Assembly (NCBI GenBank): GCA_011109175.1
Contig: RDEW01000042.1
Location: 28,796-61,590 of the forward strand
Source: Dicyema japonicum
Taxonomy: Eukaryota; Animalia; Dicyemida
Direction of reading: 5' to 3'
DNA: 32,795 nt
The notes beneath the pieces were generated by a model. That model saw only the letters and a list, made by a program, of their open reading frames with translations, was not told where the DNA came from and made no database searches. Positions 11,554 to 21,879 of this stretch are shown here, one piece after another. Both the position numbers and the translations under genes were made by a program. Each line of letters begins with the position of its first letter. Position 1 is the stretch's first letter.

Positions 11554-11734
11554 TTTATGGAAACTAAAACAAATTATGGCATTTAAATTCAAAAATGGCA
11601 TAAATTGCATCTATAACTTCTTTAAAGGAAAAACATTTTTAAATTTTTTATATAATTCAACTCATTAATAAAAAAATACCCTTTTCTAAAAAATGGCATT
11701 TATGGCAAAAATGCCCTAGTAATGACAAAGCATA

Positions 11735-14460
11735 TTCAACTGGAGAAATCAGTAACAAGTTCATTTTCCTCCACTTGTCCTGCCATACGCAAAATGGGAC
11801 CTCAAAGAGTTGAGGAGGGCAAAGGTGGAGTTAGAGGGGGCAATAATGGTGTATAAGAGGAAACTCTATACACATGAAAGTCGGTGTAAGAGAAGGAGAG
11901 AAAATAATCTGTTTGAGTTTAATCGCAGATTGTTTTACCGTCGCCTACACGAAAATGGCCATAGTGTATGTTCCCAGCAGGACGCGGAAATGCTTTCCAC
12001 ATGGGGTAGTATGTGGGAGGCTAAACCACGCAGAGGAAATGCGTGGAATGTCCCGTACAGCGCCGCTCCTTTCTTGGCGGAATCTTGCGGAATTTTCGAT
12101 TTTCGCAAGAAATTTGAGGCGGTAGTGAGACACCTCCCTGATTGGAAGATGACCGGGGTCGATAAAGTTTATAATTTCTTTATCAAAAGATGCACTTCAT
12201 TACACGAGTCTATGTGTCGTGTATTACAGAAAAGCATCACTAACCCGGAAACGATTCCTGATTGGGCATGCACAGGGACAACTTATTTGATCCCAAAGCT
12301 GGACAACCCCCAGTCTGCTGCAGATTATCGACCGATAACCTGCATGCCAACCCTGTATAAGCTGATGACCAAATTGGTGGCTAATGAGGTCAGGAGCTTT
12401 GTAGACGCAAATGGGATTCTCTCCGAGAATCAGTTGGGAACTGTGCGAAATTGTCAGGGGGCAAAAGAGCAGGCTTTGATCAACAAATGCCTTTCTGTGT
12501 CTCACGGAAACTCACTTTTGTCTATGTGGGTGGATGTGAAGAAGGCTTACGATTCAGTTGATCATTCTTACCTTGTCGAGTGCCTACACAGTCTGTGTAT
12601 GCCTGTGTGGTTCATCAGCTTTGTAGTGGCTGTGATGAATAGGTGGAGTATTCATCTGAACTATAATAGGCACCGGATAGGCGAGGTAAAACTCAAGAGG
12701 GGGATCCTTCAGGGGATAGCATGTCTCCGCTACTCTTTGTTCTCTGTTTGGAGCCATTGAGTCGCCGCCTCAATGACCGGTTTGAGCAAATACCAGTTCA
12801 TTGTGAAGGGTCTGTTTCAGTACAAATCACCTTCTTTTTATCGATGACTTGAAGATGTATGCTCGAACAGCCGAGGAGCTCTACTCCATGGGGGTCTGTG
12901 CCAGGGAATTCTTTGAGAGTATAGGGCTAGATTTGAATTATTCAAAGTCTGCGACTAACACGCAAGTATGTAGCGAGTTAGTAAGAGTCCTAGAGGAACA
13001 CGAAGGATATAAGTATCTGGGTGTTACCGAATCTCCAAAGTCCCTTATAATGCCTGAGACAAAGCGACAAATTACTGAAGGCATCCGTAAAAGAGCAGCG
13101 TTATTGTGTAAGACGTCTCTAAATGCAAGGAATTTGTTCCTAGCATTAAATGAGTATGCTGTCTCGCTGCTAAACTACTACATAGGTGTTGTGGAGTTTG
13201 AGCCCAAAGAGTATGATGAGATGGATGTTATGATCCGTGGAGTACTCAGAGAGAACCATGTCCATGTGTTGGCAGCCAATAAGGAGAGACTATATTTACC
13301 CCGTGATAAATTCGGCCGTGGACTGTGTGGAGTAGTCCAACTAAGTGAGCGTATCCTAATGCGAATGCACGACACCCTGATAGCTGGGTCAAGTGTGTCT
13401 GCTAGGAAGCACGCCATAATAACGACCGAGAAAACACGGGCAACCCACCTAGGCACTATCAGACCTTTTTTGTCTGCTAAGTATGGTGTTGATGATGGTG
13501 GGCTAGTAAATGTGAAGGCGTTGATCGAATTACAATATAATAATTTGATGGAAAAGATCAACTTAAAAAGCCTTCATAAGGTCCTCTTCAGAGCATTGGA
13601 CAACCCACATGTCGAACCTTAAGTCGTCGACAATATGGCTAAAATACGGTGACAACTCACCTCGATCGGAGGCGTTGTACACGTATATGCAAGACCGCAA
13701 TATTTTTTGGGGTCGATCAACAAATACATGTCCCCACTGTAAGTCAAGGAGCATGTCGGTTGATCATTTAGCCACTCGATGTGGATCCATGCTCTGCCAC
13801 GACTATGTGTGGAGGCACAACGAGGTAGTAAGGAGTCTTCATCTTCTACTATGCAATAAGTATGGTATTCGCCACACCAGAAAGTTGCGGACTCATAAGG
13901 TGCAATCTGTAGTAGAGAACACCAGGGTCCAAATTAAGGTAGACAGTGTTATCCGTACCTCGGTGCTAGTCAAGCACAATAAACCGGACATTGTGGTACA
14001 CGATAAGGAGTCTGGCCAAGTCCTTATCATAGAGGTTGGCATCACGTCTCAAGACCGTTTGCAGACTGTGGAGGTGGAGAAAAAAAGGAAGTATGACTTT
14101 CTTGCAAACGAGATGGGGCAGATGCTTGGTTGCAAGGTCCTCGTTATTCCTATAGTAATGACGTGGGAAGGAATTGCAACAAAGTACCACAAGGGTTATC
14201 TGAAGCAGTTGGGGGTAGATAGGAAGCTCCAGGCCTATCTACAGTCCACTGTGTTAAAGCGGACCCTAGAGATCCTGACACTGGAGTATAGGAGGCAGAG
14301 CCCGGAGATGCCATATGGGCAGAGGGTTCAATTAGACAAGGCCTTTCGGGGTTGTTTTCAGAACCAGAATCGAACCTGCCTGAGGAGGCTGGCGAACAGG
14401 CAGGCGAGGAAGGTTGTTGAATATATATATTAACTTTTTTATTGTTTGTTAAATAAAGTG
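11735..14460 (+). mobile_element. R4/Dong-like RLE non-LTR retrotransposon, 5'-truncated, frameshifted
   Basis: ORFs 11810-12760, 12849-13622 and 13609-14433 carry YRPITCMPTLYKL, QGAKEQ, VDVKKAYDSVDH, RGILQG and HLLFIDDLK (~12825-12855), the knuckle CPHC..DHLATRC, RHNEVV, and RLE KPDIVV..IIEVG..EKKRKY. AATAAA at ~14452. Clade assigned from motif memory. Confidence 0.88.
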
Positions 14461-14578
14461 GGGGTATAATATTTTTTTTATTATCTAAAAAATTATTTTT
14501 AATAAATATTTAATATATAAATTGAATTTAAATACTAATTTATTTACTGCGTGGTTCTTGTTAGCATTAATTTTTATA

Positions 14579-17545
14579 ATGAATTTCGACGATATTAATT
14601 TAGAGTCTGACTTTTCTTGTAAAAAATGCTCTTGTTTACTGAAGGTAATTAAATCTTGTATATTTATTATATACAGTCACTTTTTACACTTACAAGACTG
14701 AGGAAAGAAGAATTTTTATATTTCAAAAATAAAATAATTGAGTTCAAGTATAATTGGTAAAATAAATTTAGTGATGTGTTGGTTGATAATGAATCACTTA
14801 AAAATGAGATAAAAATTCAAAAATTTGAAATTACAAAACTCGAGGAACAATTTAATTTACTTGAAAAGTGAAAATTATTATTTTAATTTTACTAGGAAGG
14901 TCTCCTATTTGTCCGAAGATCTTAAAACTAAGACTGTAGAAAATAATAAACTGAAAAAAGTATATTTTAAAAGTCTCACCGTAGGAAGTCACAAAATTGA
15001 GTAATACTAATTGTGAACTTATTTCCAATTTAAAATCAATAAATGAACTAAATAAATTCCCCGTGGTCAAATTTTACATTTATATTTTAGATGAATGCCC
15101 AAACTGTAATACCTAATAAATTGGATTCTGATATCAGCTCAAATCAATTTGAAAGATCGGAATTAATTAAGTATTTAAAGTAATTTTGTTTAGGTCTAAC
15201 TGTAAAAAGTATGAGACAGAAAAATTAGATCAAAGTGAAACGTTAATTATTATTTTTAGAATGGAAAGATTCACATACAGATAAATTAAATAATGAAAAT
15301 TGTGAACTCATTCATTTTGATAATGAAATTAGAAATGATTCAATTAATGCTGTTTCTTTTGTACAAGATAAATTTATCAACAGTGAAAATGCTAATTTGA
15401 CAGATAGTCTTCAATCATATGATAAGGAAGATAAATTTGATAATACTTTTGAAATGTTCAACAACTGTTCAATCTATTTGACTGATCTTGTTAATTCCGA
15501 AGTTTTACATTTTTCAAATGAAATTTCAAGTTTAAAATTTTTTTTATATTATAGATGAATCAAAATTAATTAATTATGAATTTGAGAGTATTTTGTCCAA
15601 CGATTCGCAAAAATTCGCAGAAGACAATATTACTTTTTCAAATGTATTTACAAATGACAATTTTAACAATGAAAGAGAGATTAATGGAACTAAAGAGGAT
15701 AATTTATGCGGATACAGTTCAAATTTTTTAATAAATGATTGTGGATTTAATATGAAATCTAAATTCACAGATTTTTCAGAAAATTCACTAAAAAATGTTG
15801 CTTTTGACATTGCAACAAACATTCAACAGAATAATATAAAAAAATTAAACAGTGTGAAATCGAAAGGAAGTAAACACAAAAATGTATTTATTTATCCAAA
15901 TACTAATTCCAAATCAACAAAGCTAAATGAAAAGTGTATGGACGTTGAAAATTCATTGAGAAACTTAGAAAATGAACACGAATTCAATAATTCACAGCAA
16001 ACATTTATTTTGGATGGATTTTCTAAAAAGAGTCGTATGTCAATTTTTGAAGATAGTAAATTTGTTGAAATTCAGAAGTCATTCATATTTGAAAAATACA
16101 ATATACTTTCCAATTCACTTAATTATGAAATTTTGCCTTCATTTAATTCAAAAATTGTTTCGGAAACTTCAAATGTCAATTTAGACGATTTAAAATTTAA
16201 CATTTTAAAAAAATGTCTTACATCAAAAAAAGGTTATATAAAAAAGATTTCGAATAAATTTAATAACTGTCCATTAGATGAAACAATTTATTTGACAGTT
16301 CAAGTATAACTTATTTTAATTTTTAGGTTCTTAAGTCTGACAGAGTGGGTTTCATTAAAGTGCATGATTTAAAAAATATAAATAAATGCTATCCTAATAA
16401 TACCGAAGAATTACTTGGTGTTTTACCTTTTCGTGTTTTTAAATATGTTCAGTATTTGGAGGACCATTGTGATCCTCAGTCAACAAGTCGACCAATGGTT
16501 TTTTTTGTAATAAATTTAGAAAATTTTTTTTAATAGTATTTGTTCTACTATATTATGTCTCCAATCTTCAGACAATATTCCAATCGTCATAAAAGAAAAT
16601 GGTTTGTCTGCTATTTGGTTGGTTTACAAACATAGTTAAAATAGGCGTCTTTATGTTTTTTTGTTACTAAAAGATAATAAACAGGCTGAAATTATATTTT
16701 CTTTGTTTACAATTCTTATCAAATTGGGACGTACATTTTATAATTATTCATTGACATTGATGACGTCGACTCTGATAATCTGGCCTACGTTTACATTAGG
16801 TGATAATTTATCTTTTATAATTCATAGTATCTCGTCTCGCTGTTCGTGCAATTTTTTATGTCACCAAATCATTTTTATTAGAATCTTCGTCAACATATAA
16901 AGTATTTTATATTAAAAATTTAGGAATTATTAACTTCATTAACCGGATCTGCTATTGTTGAGAATTCAGAAATATTAATAGACTCTGCCTTTAAACTCAT
17001 TATTCTGCAGACTAATAGTTTTTTGGATAAAGAATTTTTAGATATACAAGAAGGAATACTTACAATTGAGCTTATTTGTATATTTAACACTTGGGATTAT
17101 ATTTATAAAAACTTGATTAAAAAACATATTTGTCCAATTATTTATGAAATTAATCAAAATTTAGTTGGCCTTGAAGATTTATCATCCTGCGAAATTTTAA
17201 ATGATGTTTTGAAACTTATTTGTTTTTTTCAGATTAATTTTTAGGTAGATTAGCTTGTCATGGTAGAACTTGGCAGGGTTGTTGTTTCAGTGACGTTTCA
17301 TCTCTTCTATATTCTCTTGGTGATAAATTTATTAGTTTGATTTTTAATGAATATAATTTTTAGGAAAAGAATTTAATAATCTTTTTACGGTTTGGCTGGA
17401 TACTATATTTACTATTGGGGAGTTTTCGAATATTGATTCCTATAAAGAGTTTGACGATACTTGGATAAAAGCAAATGAAGAAAAACTTAATTCTACTTTG
17501 CTATCGAAACGTCATGCACTTAATTTCTTCTTTATTACCCAATAA
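14579..17545 (+). CDS. Intact 16-exon host gene, 856-aa uncharacterised protein (N-terminal coiled coil, N/S-rich linker, helical C-terminal region)
   Basis: Exons: 14579-14644, 14677-14747, 14772-14867, 14896-14959, 14985-15065, 15091-15170, 15194-15234, 15260-15529, 15555-16303, 16327-16497, 16520-16617, 16645-16799, 16828-16901, 16924-17221, 17245-17319, 17364-17545. Total 2571 nt, one continuous frame from ATG to TAA. All 15 introns are GT-AG. The model links ORF-track fragments 15593, 16345, 16661 and 17023. Confidence 0.85.
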
Positions 17546-18049
17546 TTTTTGTATTTTTTATAAATGATACATACCAACATTTCTTCTCTATTGTTGTTTA
17601 GACAGCTTAAGGAAGTCGCGGGTTTTTCTCTAAAGACTATGACGTCTGGATACACTCAGAAATAACATTTATGAGACACAGTGGCTCCTTCATTTGATCC
17701 CGTTGCATCAATTATTTATTACGAAATCCTGAAATCACTGAGAAGGAAGGTGTCAAAGCAATTAATTGACTGATCCCAGTTAATAGTAGTTCCTGGACTT
17801 TTTTCACTGTCCGATTATAATTTAAATATCTTACGAAATTGTCTTTCAGATTTTTTCCAGAGAAACTCGTTCGAAGTTGTCCTTCAGAACTAATCAGGAT
17901 TCCTTTCTTTCTAGTGGGTTTCCAGGATCTATCCATAAACACGGAAAACTCGGCCATTGTTTCTGGTCGATTCTTTTGAAAGTAGAGTAGCAATCGGTCC
18001 TCTTTCCTGTGACGAAAGAGTTGATATTTTCAGTTATCAAGGAAGAAAA

Positions 18050-18793
18050 TGAAAATCTACAGACATTGTTGACCAATTATCTAATAATAAAATTGCTGAT
18101 GCAGGTCACATGAGAGCGGAGACCCTTTTGTGCAACAGCCTTTAATTCCATTTTTGAAATCTCTTGGCCATAACTTCTAAGATTGACTAGTTAATTTAAT
18201 TTCAAATAAGAAAGTTAGTTTGAATAATTTAATTGTTAAGGTTTTTTGATTGTGGACGAAACTGATGTTGGGAGAAACAAACTTGTTAATTGTCTAGTTG
18301 GAACGTTGGCAAATCTGCAAAGCTCTTACCTAATAGATTGTATAAAAATTGATTTTATCAAATAAATTGTCGTAATCGTTAAAAAAATCTTCGACTTTAT
18401 TTCTGTCACATCAGTTCTTTTCACCCAAAATTACTTTGAACAATAATTCATGGCGCTTTTTAAATCGATCCAACCATCCATTTGATGCTTTGAAATCATT
18501 GAAGTCAAGATTAACTGAAATTTTTTGCAATAGTTTTGAGGAGAAATACTGAAACTGAAATACCTTCAACTCTCAAATTTTTAAAGACATTCGAATATTA
18601 ATCGATCAATTCGAATAGAAAGATCTGATTCGCACTTCTTAGATGAGACTTCATCAGAGCATATTTGTATTTTTGAAACCCCTTTTCCGATTTCTTTTTT
18701 AATTCGTGAGACAGTTCCCTTTCCAATATTGTATAATTGACAAATTTTTCTTTCTGAAATCTGTTTCAGGTGGCGACTAAGCTTCGCAGGCAT
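18050..18793 (-). pseudogene. Decayed pogo/Tigger-family transposase
   Basis: HTH-like ICQLYNIGKGTVSRIKK (ORF 18581-18793), then FKASNGWLDRFKKRH (CENP-B-type HTH, ~18450-18500) and ILLLDN (~18075-18100, DDE_1-type). Multiple stops; TIRs not found. Confidence 0.8.
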
Positions 18794-18872
18794 GCTTAAA
18801 AATATTTTAAAAATAATTAAATAAAGAATAATTTTAGTTTATTTGTAAACAAACAAAAATAGTTAATAGTTA

Positions 18873-19206
18873 ATATAATAATAATAAAGCCTTTTCACGA
18901 GAGCCATAGTATTTTATAGCTCCGCATAGGCAGGACACACACTTTATTTAAGTAAAGAACAGTTAATTTTAACTAATCGTAGAACCAAGGAATGATCTTC
19001 ACTTCTATTTTTTTTCTTCTTGTGTGAGTGTCCTTTCTAGACAAATCCAGTTCCGCAGTGAGTATTCACTGATGACGGCGTCACTCGTCAAACCATTTCT
19101 GCATCGTAGATGCGTGGAACCTTCCACCAGGTGAACAGCAGCGAGATTCGAACCCGTAGCCTAAGCCACTTAAGCCCGACACCTAACCACTAAGCCACCC
19201 GGCTTC
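18873..19206 (-). mobile_element. Full-length tRNA-derived SINE (~334 bp)
   Basis: The minus strand starts GAAGCCGGGTGGCTTAGTGG (A box TGGCTTAGTGG) and has B box GGTTCGAATCT, a unique body and a (TTA)n tail. Perfect 13-bp TSD TAGTTAATAGTTA at 18860-18872 and 19207-19219. A second copy is at 2658-2957. Confidence 0.9.
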
Positions 19207-19249
19207 TAGTTAATAGTTAGTTAACATCAAATTCCATTTTCATTTCGAC

Positions 19250-19780
19250 AAATAATCCGACATGCAAACATGACCTCTCAAACGCTTTCCATCGTTTTTT
19301 GATCGTTACCGTCTGCGTGTAGGCTCTTACAAAGCATTCCAAATTTAAGTGGCTCAAGTGGTGTTTATAAAATTTGCTTAAGACTCCATTCCAAGTAAGG
19401 ACAACTGGACCACGTATACTTTTGCTTTGTGTATTATCCCCAGCTCACTTGCGAGAAGATTGTACTTGCGGCCTTTCTCAACTTCTACATGTTTCAAAGA
19501 ATCTTGGGAGGTTATTCCACTTCTATTAGCGTTATTATATTCTTGATTTTGCCATACACGAAAATATCCGGCTTGTTATCTCCATTCTCGTGTCCGTAGC
19601 TATTGTTGTGTCAACGCAAATTTCCACAAATTCAGTTACAGCCGTTGATTGCACTGAATGAGTCTTTAGTTTTTTCGATTCTTTATTCCATACTGCCTGC
19701 ACAGGTGTAATATTAGATATAAGTAATAGTTTTACACACGTAAGAACAGTGTATATACAACATTATTGTTGATCACGTTT
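19250..19780 (-). pseudogene. Decayed R4/Dong-like RLE-domain fragment
   Basis: Minus-strand remnants ILHLCRQYGIK, KTHSVQS, NKPDIFVY..ITLIEV, HVEVEKGRKYNLLASEL and PVVLTWNG are collinear with ORF 21918-22928. Confidence 0.8.
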
Positions 19781-19944
19781 TTATTTCAAAATCCGTTACG
19801 TCATTATGAATTGTAATTAGGATAGGATTGTTCCATATGTGTGGAAATATAACTCTATATGTTTCTACGCTATGTTGCCAATATAACGTTATGTTGCCAA
19901 TTATTTATTATTTATTTTATTAGGAACGTAAATAAATCTTGTTA

Positions 19945-21870
19945 CAGTATGACCTCTATTTGGGGCACCTATTTAAAAAAATGCCCCAAAAACAGAGGTT
20001 TCCCCAAAAATGAAGGTTCGGCATTTTCTTAGATTTATCCACAGTTTAACAATTAACCAATGCAAGCTTCCTACACGCCTCGGTGGAACGGGTCTCAGGT
20101 CGGCGCTGGAGATCGCCTATCCAGCATATGTGTCATCGCTCTCAAGTGGAAGCCTTTTGGTCCAAGAAATCCTACGTATTACAACCGGACTCTCTTGGGA
20201 AAAAGTCTTCGACGAAGCTCGTTGCGAATGGTGTGAAACTGGTTTGGATATGCCGAACGATCCTTCGAGGCAACGTGACTGGGATGATATTTACTCCAAG
20301 AATATCTTCGACGTGCTAAAGTCTGAGGCCAACCAGCATCGTCTTGCATGCCTCGTGTCCGCCGCCAACCATGGGAGCGGAGCGTGCTGGATGCACTCCG
20401 TCTTCCTCCTGGGGACCCTATTGGACGATGACTGTATTCGGATTGGAATCGCACAACGCCTGGGAGCTGATGTTTGCGTCGAACACCAATGTCGCTGTGG
20501 AGGGATCGTCGATGCCAAAGGGCTGCACCCGCTCTCGTGCAAAAGGAGTGCGGGCAGAGCACCCCGCCATGCTGCTATGAACAACATTGTCTTGCGAGCT
20601 CTTGAAGCGGCAGGCTTCCCGGCAGTATTGGAACCTGTGGGATTGGACCGCGGAGATGGGAAAAGACCGGATGGGTTAACTGTCTTTCCGTTCACTGAGG
20701 GAAAATCGCTCGTATGGGACTGCACTGTTGTGGATTCTTTCTCGAACTCGATGATGCTCAGCTCGGCGCAGTCTGCTGGATCGGCAGCCGATCTGGCCGA
20801 AAAATCAAGATTAAAAAATATGGCGAAATTGGAGACCGCTACGTTTTGTACCGATAGCAATCGAGACGTCTGGTGCGGCTGGAAGTATTACAGCCTCTTT
20901 CCTAAAGGAAATCGGGGGAAATTGGCCCACCGCAAGAAAGACGTGCGGGAAGCGGTCTGGCTGAGGCAAAGAATTGGTATCGCTGTTATTCGCGGAAACG
21001 CTTACTCCGTGATGTCAGCAGCCGCTCTCCCCATAGTTAATAAATAATATTTTATTGTTAATAAATTTTTGTTCCTTAAAAAAAAAAAAAAAAAAAAAGT
21101 TTAACAATTTAAATTTGCTTTTTATTAAATTTATAGATAAATAATGTTTTTTTTTTTTTATAGATTTTTCAAAATTATATTAAAAACAAATTTATTTAAC
21201 GATAGGAAAATAGTCTGTTAATTTGTTGCGGATTTTTTCATTTGCATTCCTAATATTTTTCTGATATTATAATAATTTTTCAAAGCTTTAGGAAACAAAT
21301 TGAAAATGTTCTCTTCAAGTGTATTCATCGCTGTTATTGTTTCCAAATGAGAATAGGTACATTTTACTCCGTCGTATATATTCTCGTCATCATTTTCTAC
21401 TTCACTTTTAGTAATTATATCTTTAATTATGTTATCTAAACTCTCCAATTCATTATTAATTATATCTTTAATTATATTATCTAAACTATCTGATTTGATG
21501 TTATTCTTTTAATGTACAATCCCGTTTCATCGCAGTTGAAAATATTTTCAATGCCATAGTTATTAACATTGTCATCAAAAAAAATTCCAAGGAAAGAAAT
21601 ATCACACGAATTTTTTTCACCACTTATTGTCTTAAATGACAAATTGTGTCTTTTCTTAAATTTTTCAAGCCAACCATTCGAACCTCTGAATGAGGTATAG
21701 TTCAAATTCCTAGCTACTTTTATAGCAATGTTTTTAAGAATAGGTCCTGAATCGGGAATAAATTCTTCCCTTGCTTTAAAAAAGCATTCATAAACAATTT
21801 TAGCGAATTTCTGTGACAGACTGTCTCTTCTCTGTGAAATTTGACTAGACAATTTGATTGTACGGACCCA
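19945..21870 (-). mobile_element. pogo/Tigger-type DNA transposon, internally deleted, carrying a nested CRE copy; other end not identified
   Basis: Terminus TA-CAGTATGACCTCTATTTGGGGCAC (19945-19968) with internal inverted copy TGCCCCAAAAACAGAGGT (19982-19999). ORF 21481-21852 has FRGSNGWLEKFKKRH and IFNCDETGL. C-terminal ORF 21218-21448. The rest of the DDE core is missing. Confidence 0.8.
20055..21097 (+). mobile_element. 5'-truncated CRE-clade copy with poly(A) tail
   Basis: ORF 20010-21047 has GGTGLRSA, CRCG..HPLSC..RH, EPVGLDRGDGKRPDG..VWDCT and RGNA. A21 at 21078-21098. Perfect 12-bp TSD AGTTTAACAATT at 20043-20054 and 21098-21109. Confidence 0.93.
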
Positions 21871-21879
21871 TTATTTATA

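Noticed and set aside
6293-14190. Numerous 60-130-aa ORFs antisense to or overlapping the RT genes
   Set aside because: Shadow ORFs of relatively GC-rich retroelement coding sequence; no independent motifs.
5428-14460. Cluster of reverse transcriptases as a retron, DGR or group II intron system
   Set aside because: The motifs, RLE/APE endonucleases, poly(A) tails and TSDs are those of eukaryotic non-LTR retrotransposons. There is no bacterial gene context.
14449-14460. TTAAATAAAGTG shared by the R4 3' UTR and the SINE body, suggesting R4 as the partner LINE
   Set aside because: Only 12 AT-rich bases around AATAAA, and not at the SINE's 3' terminus. Likely chance.
17600-18050. Continuation of the pogo transposase or a separate gene (ORFs 17712-17993, 17894-18076)
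   Set aside because: No DDE_1 or other motif recognised; left unannotated.
19135-19206. Apparent tRNA gene (A and B boxes) on the minus strand
   Set aside because: Acceptor and anticodon stems do not pair. It continues into a body and tail duplicated at 2658-2957 and is bounded by a TSD, so it is a SINE head.
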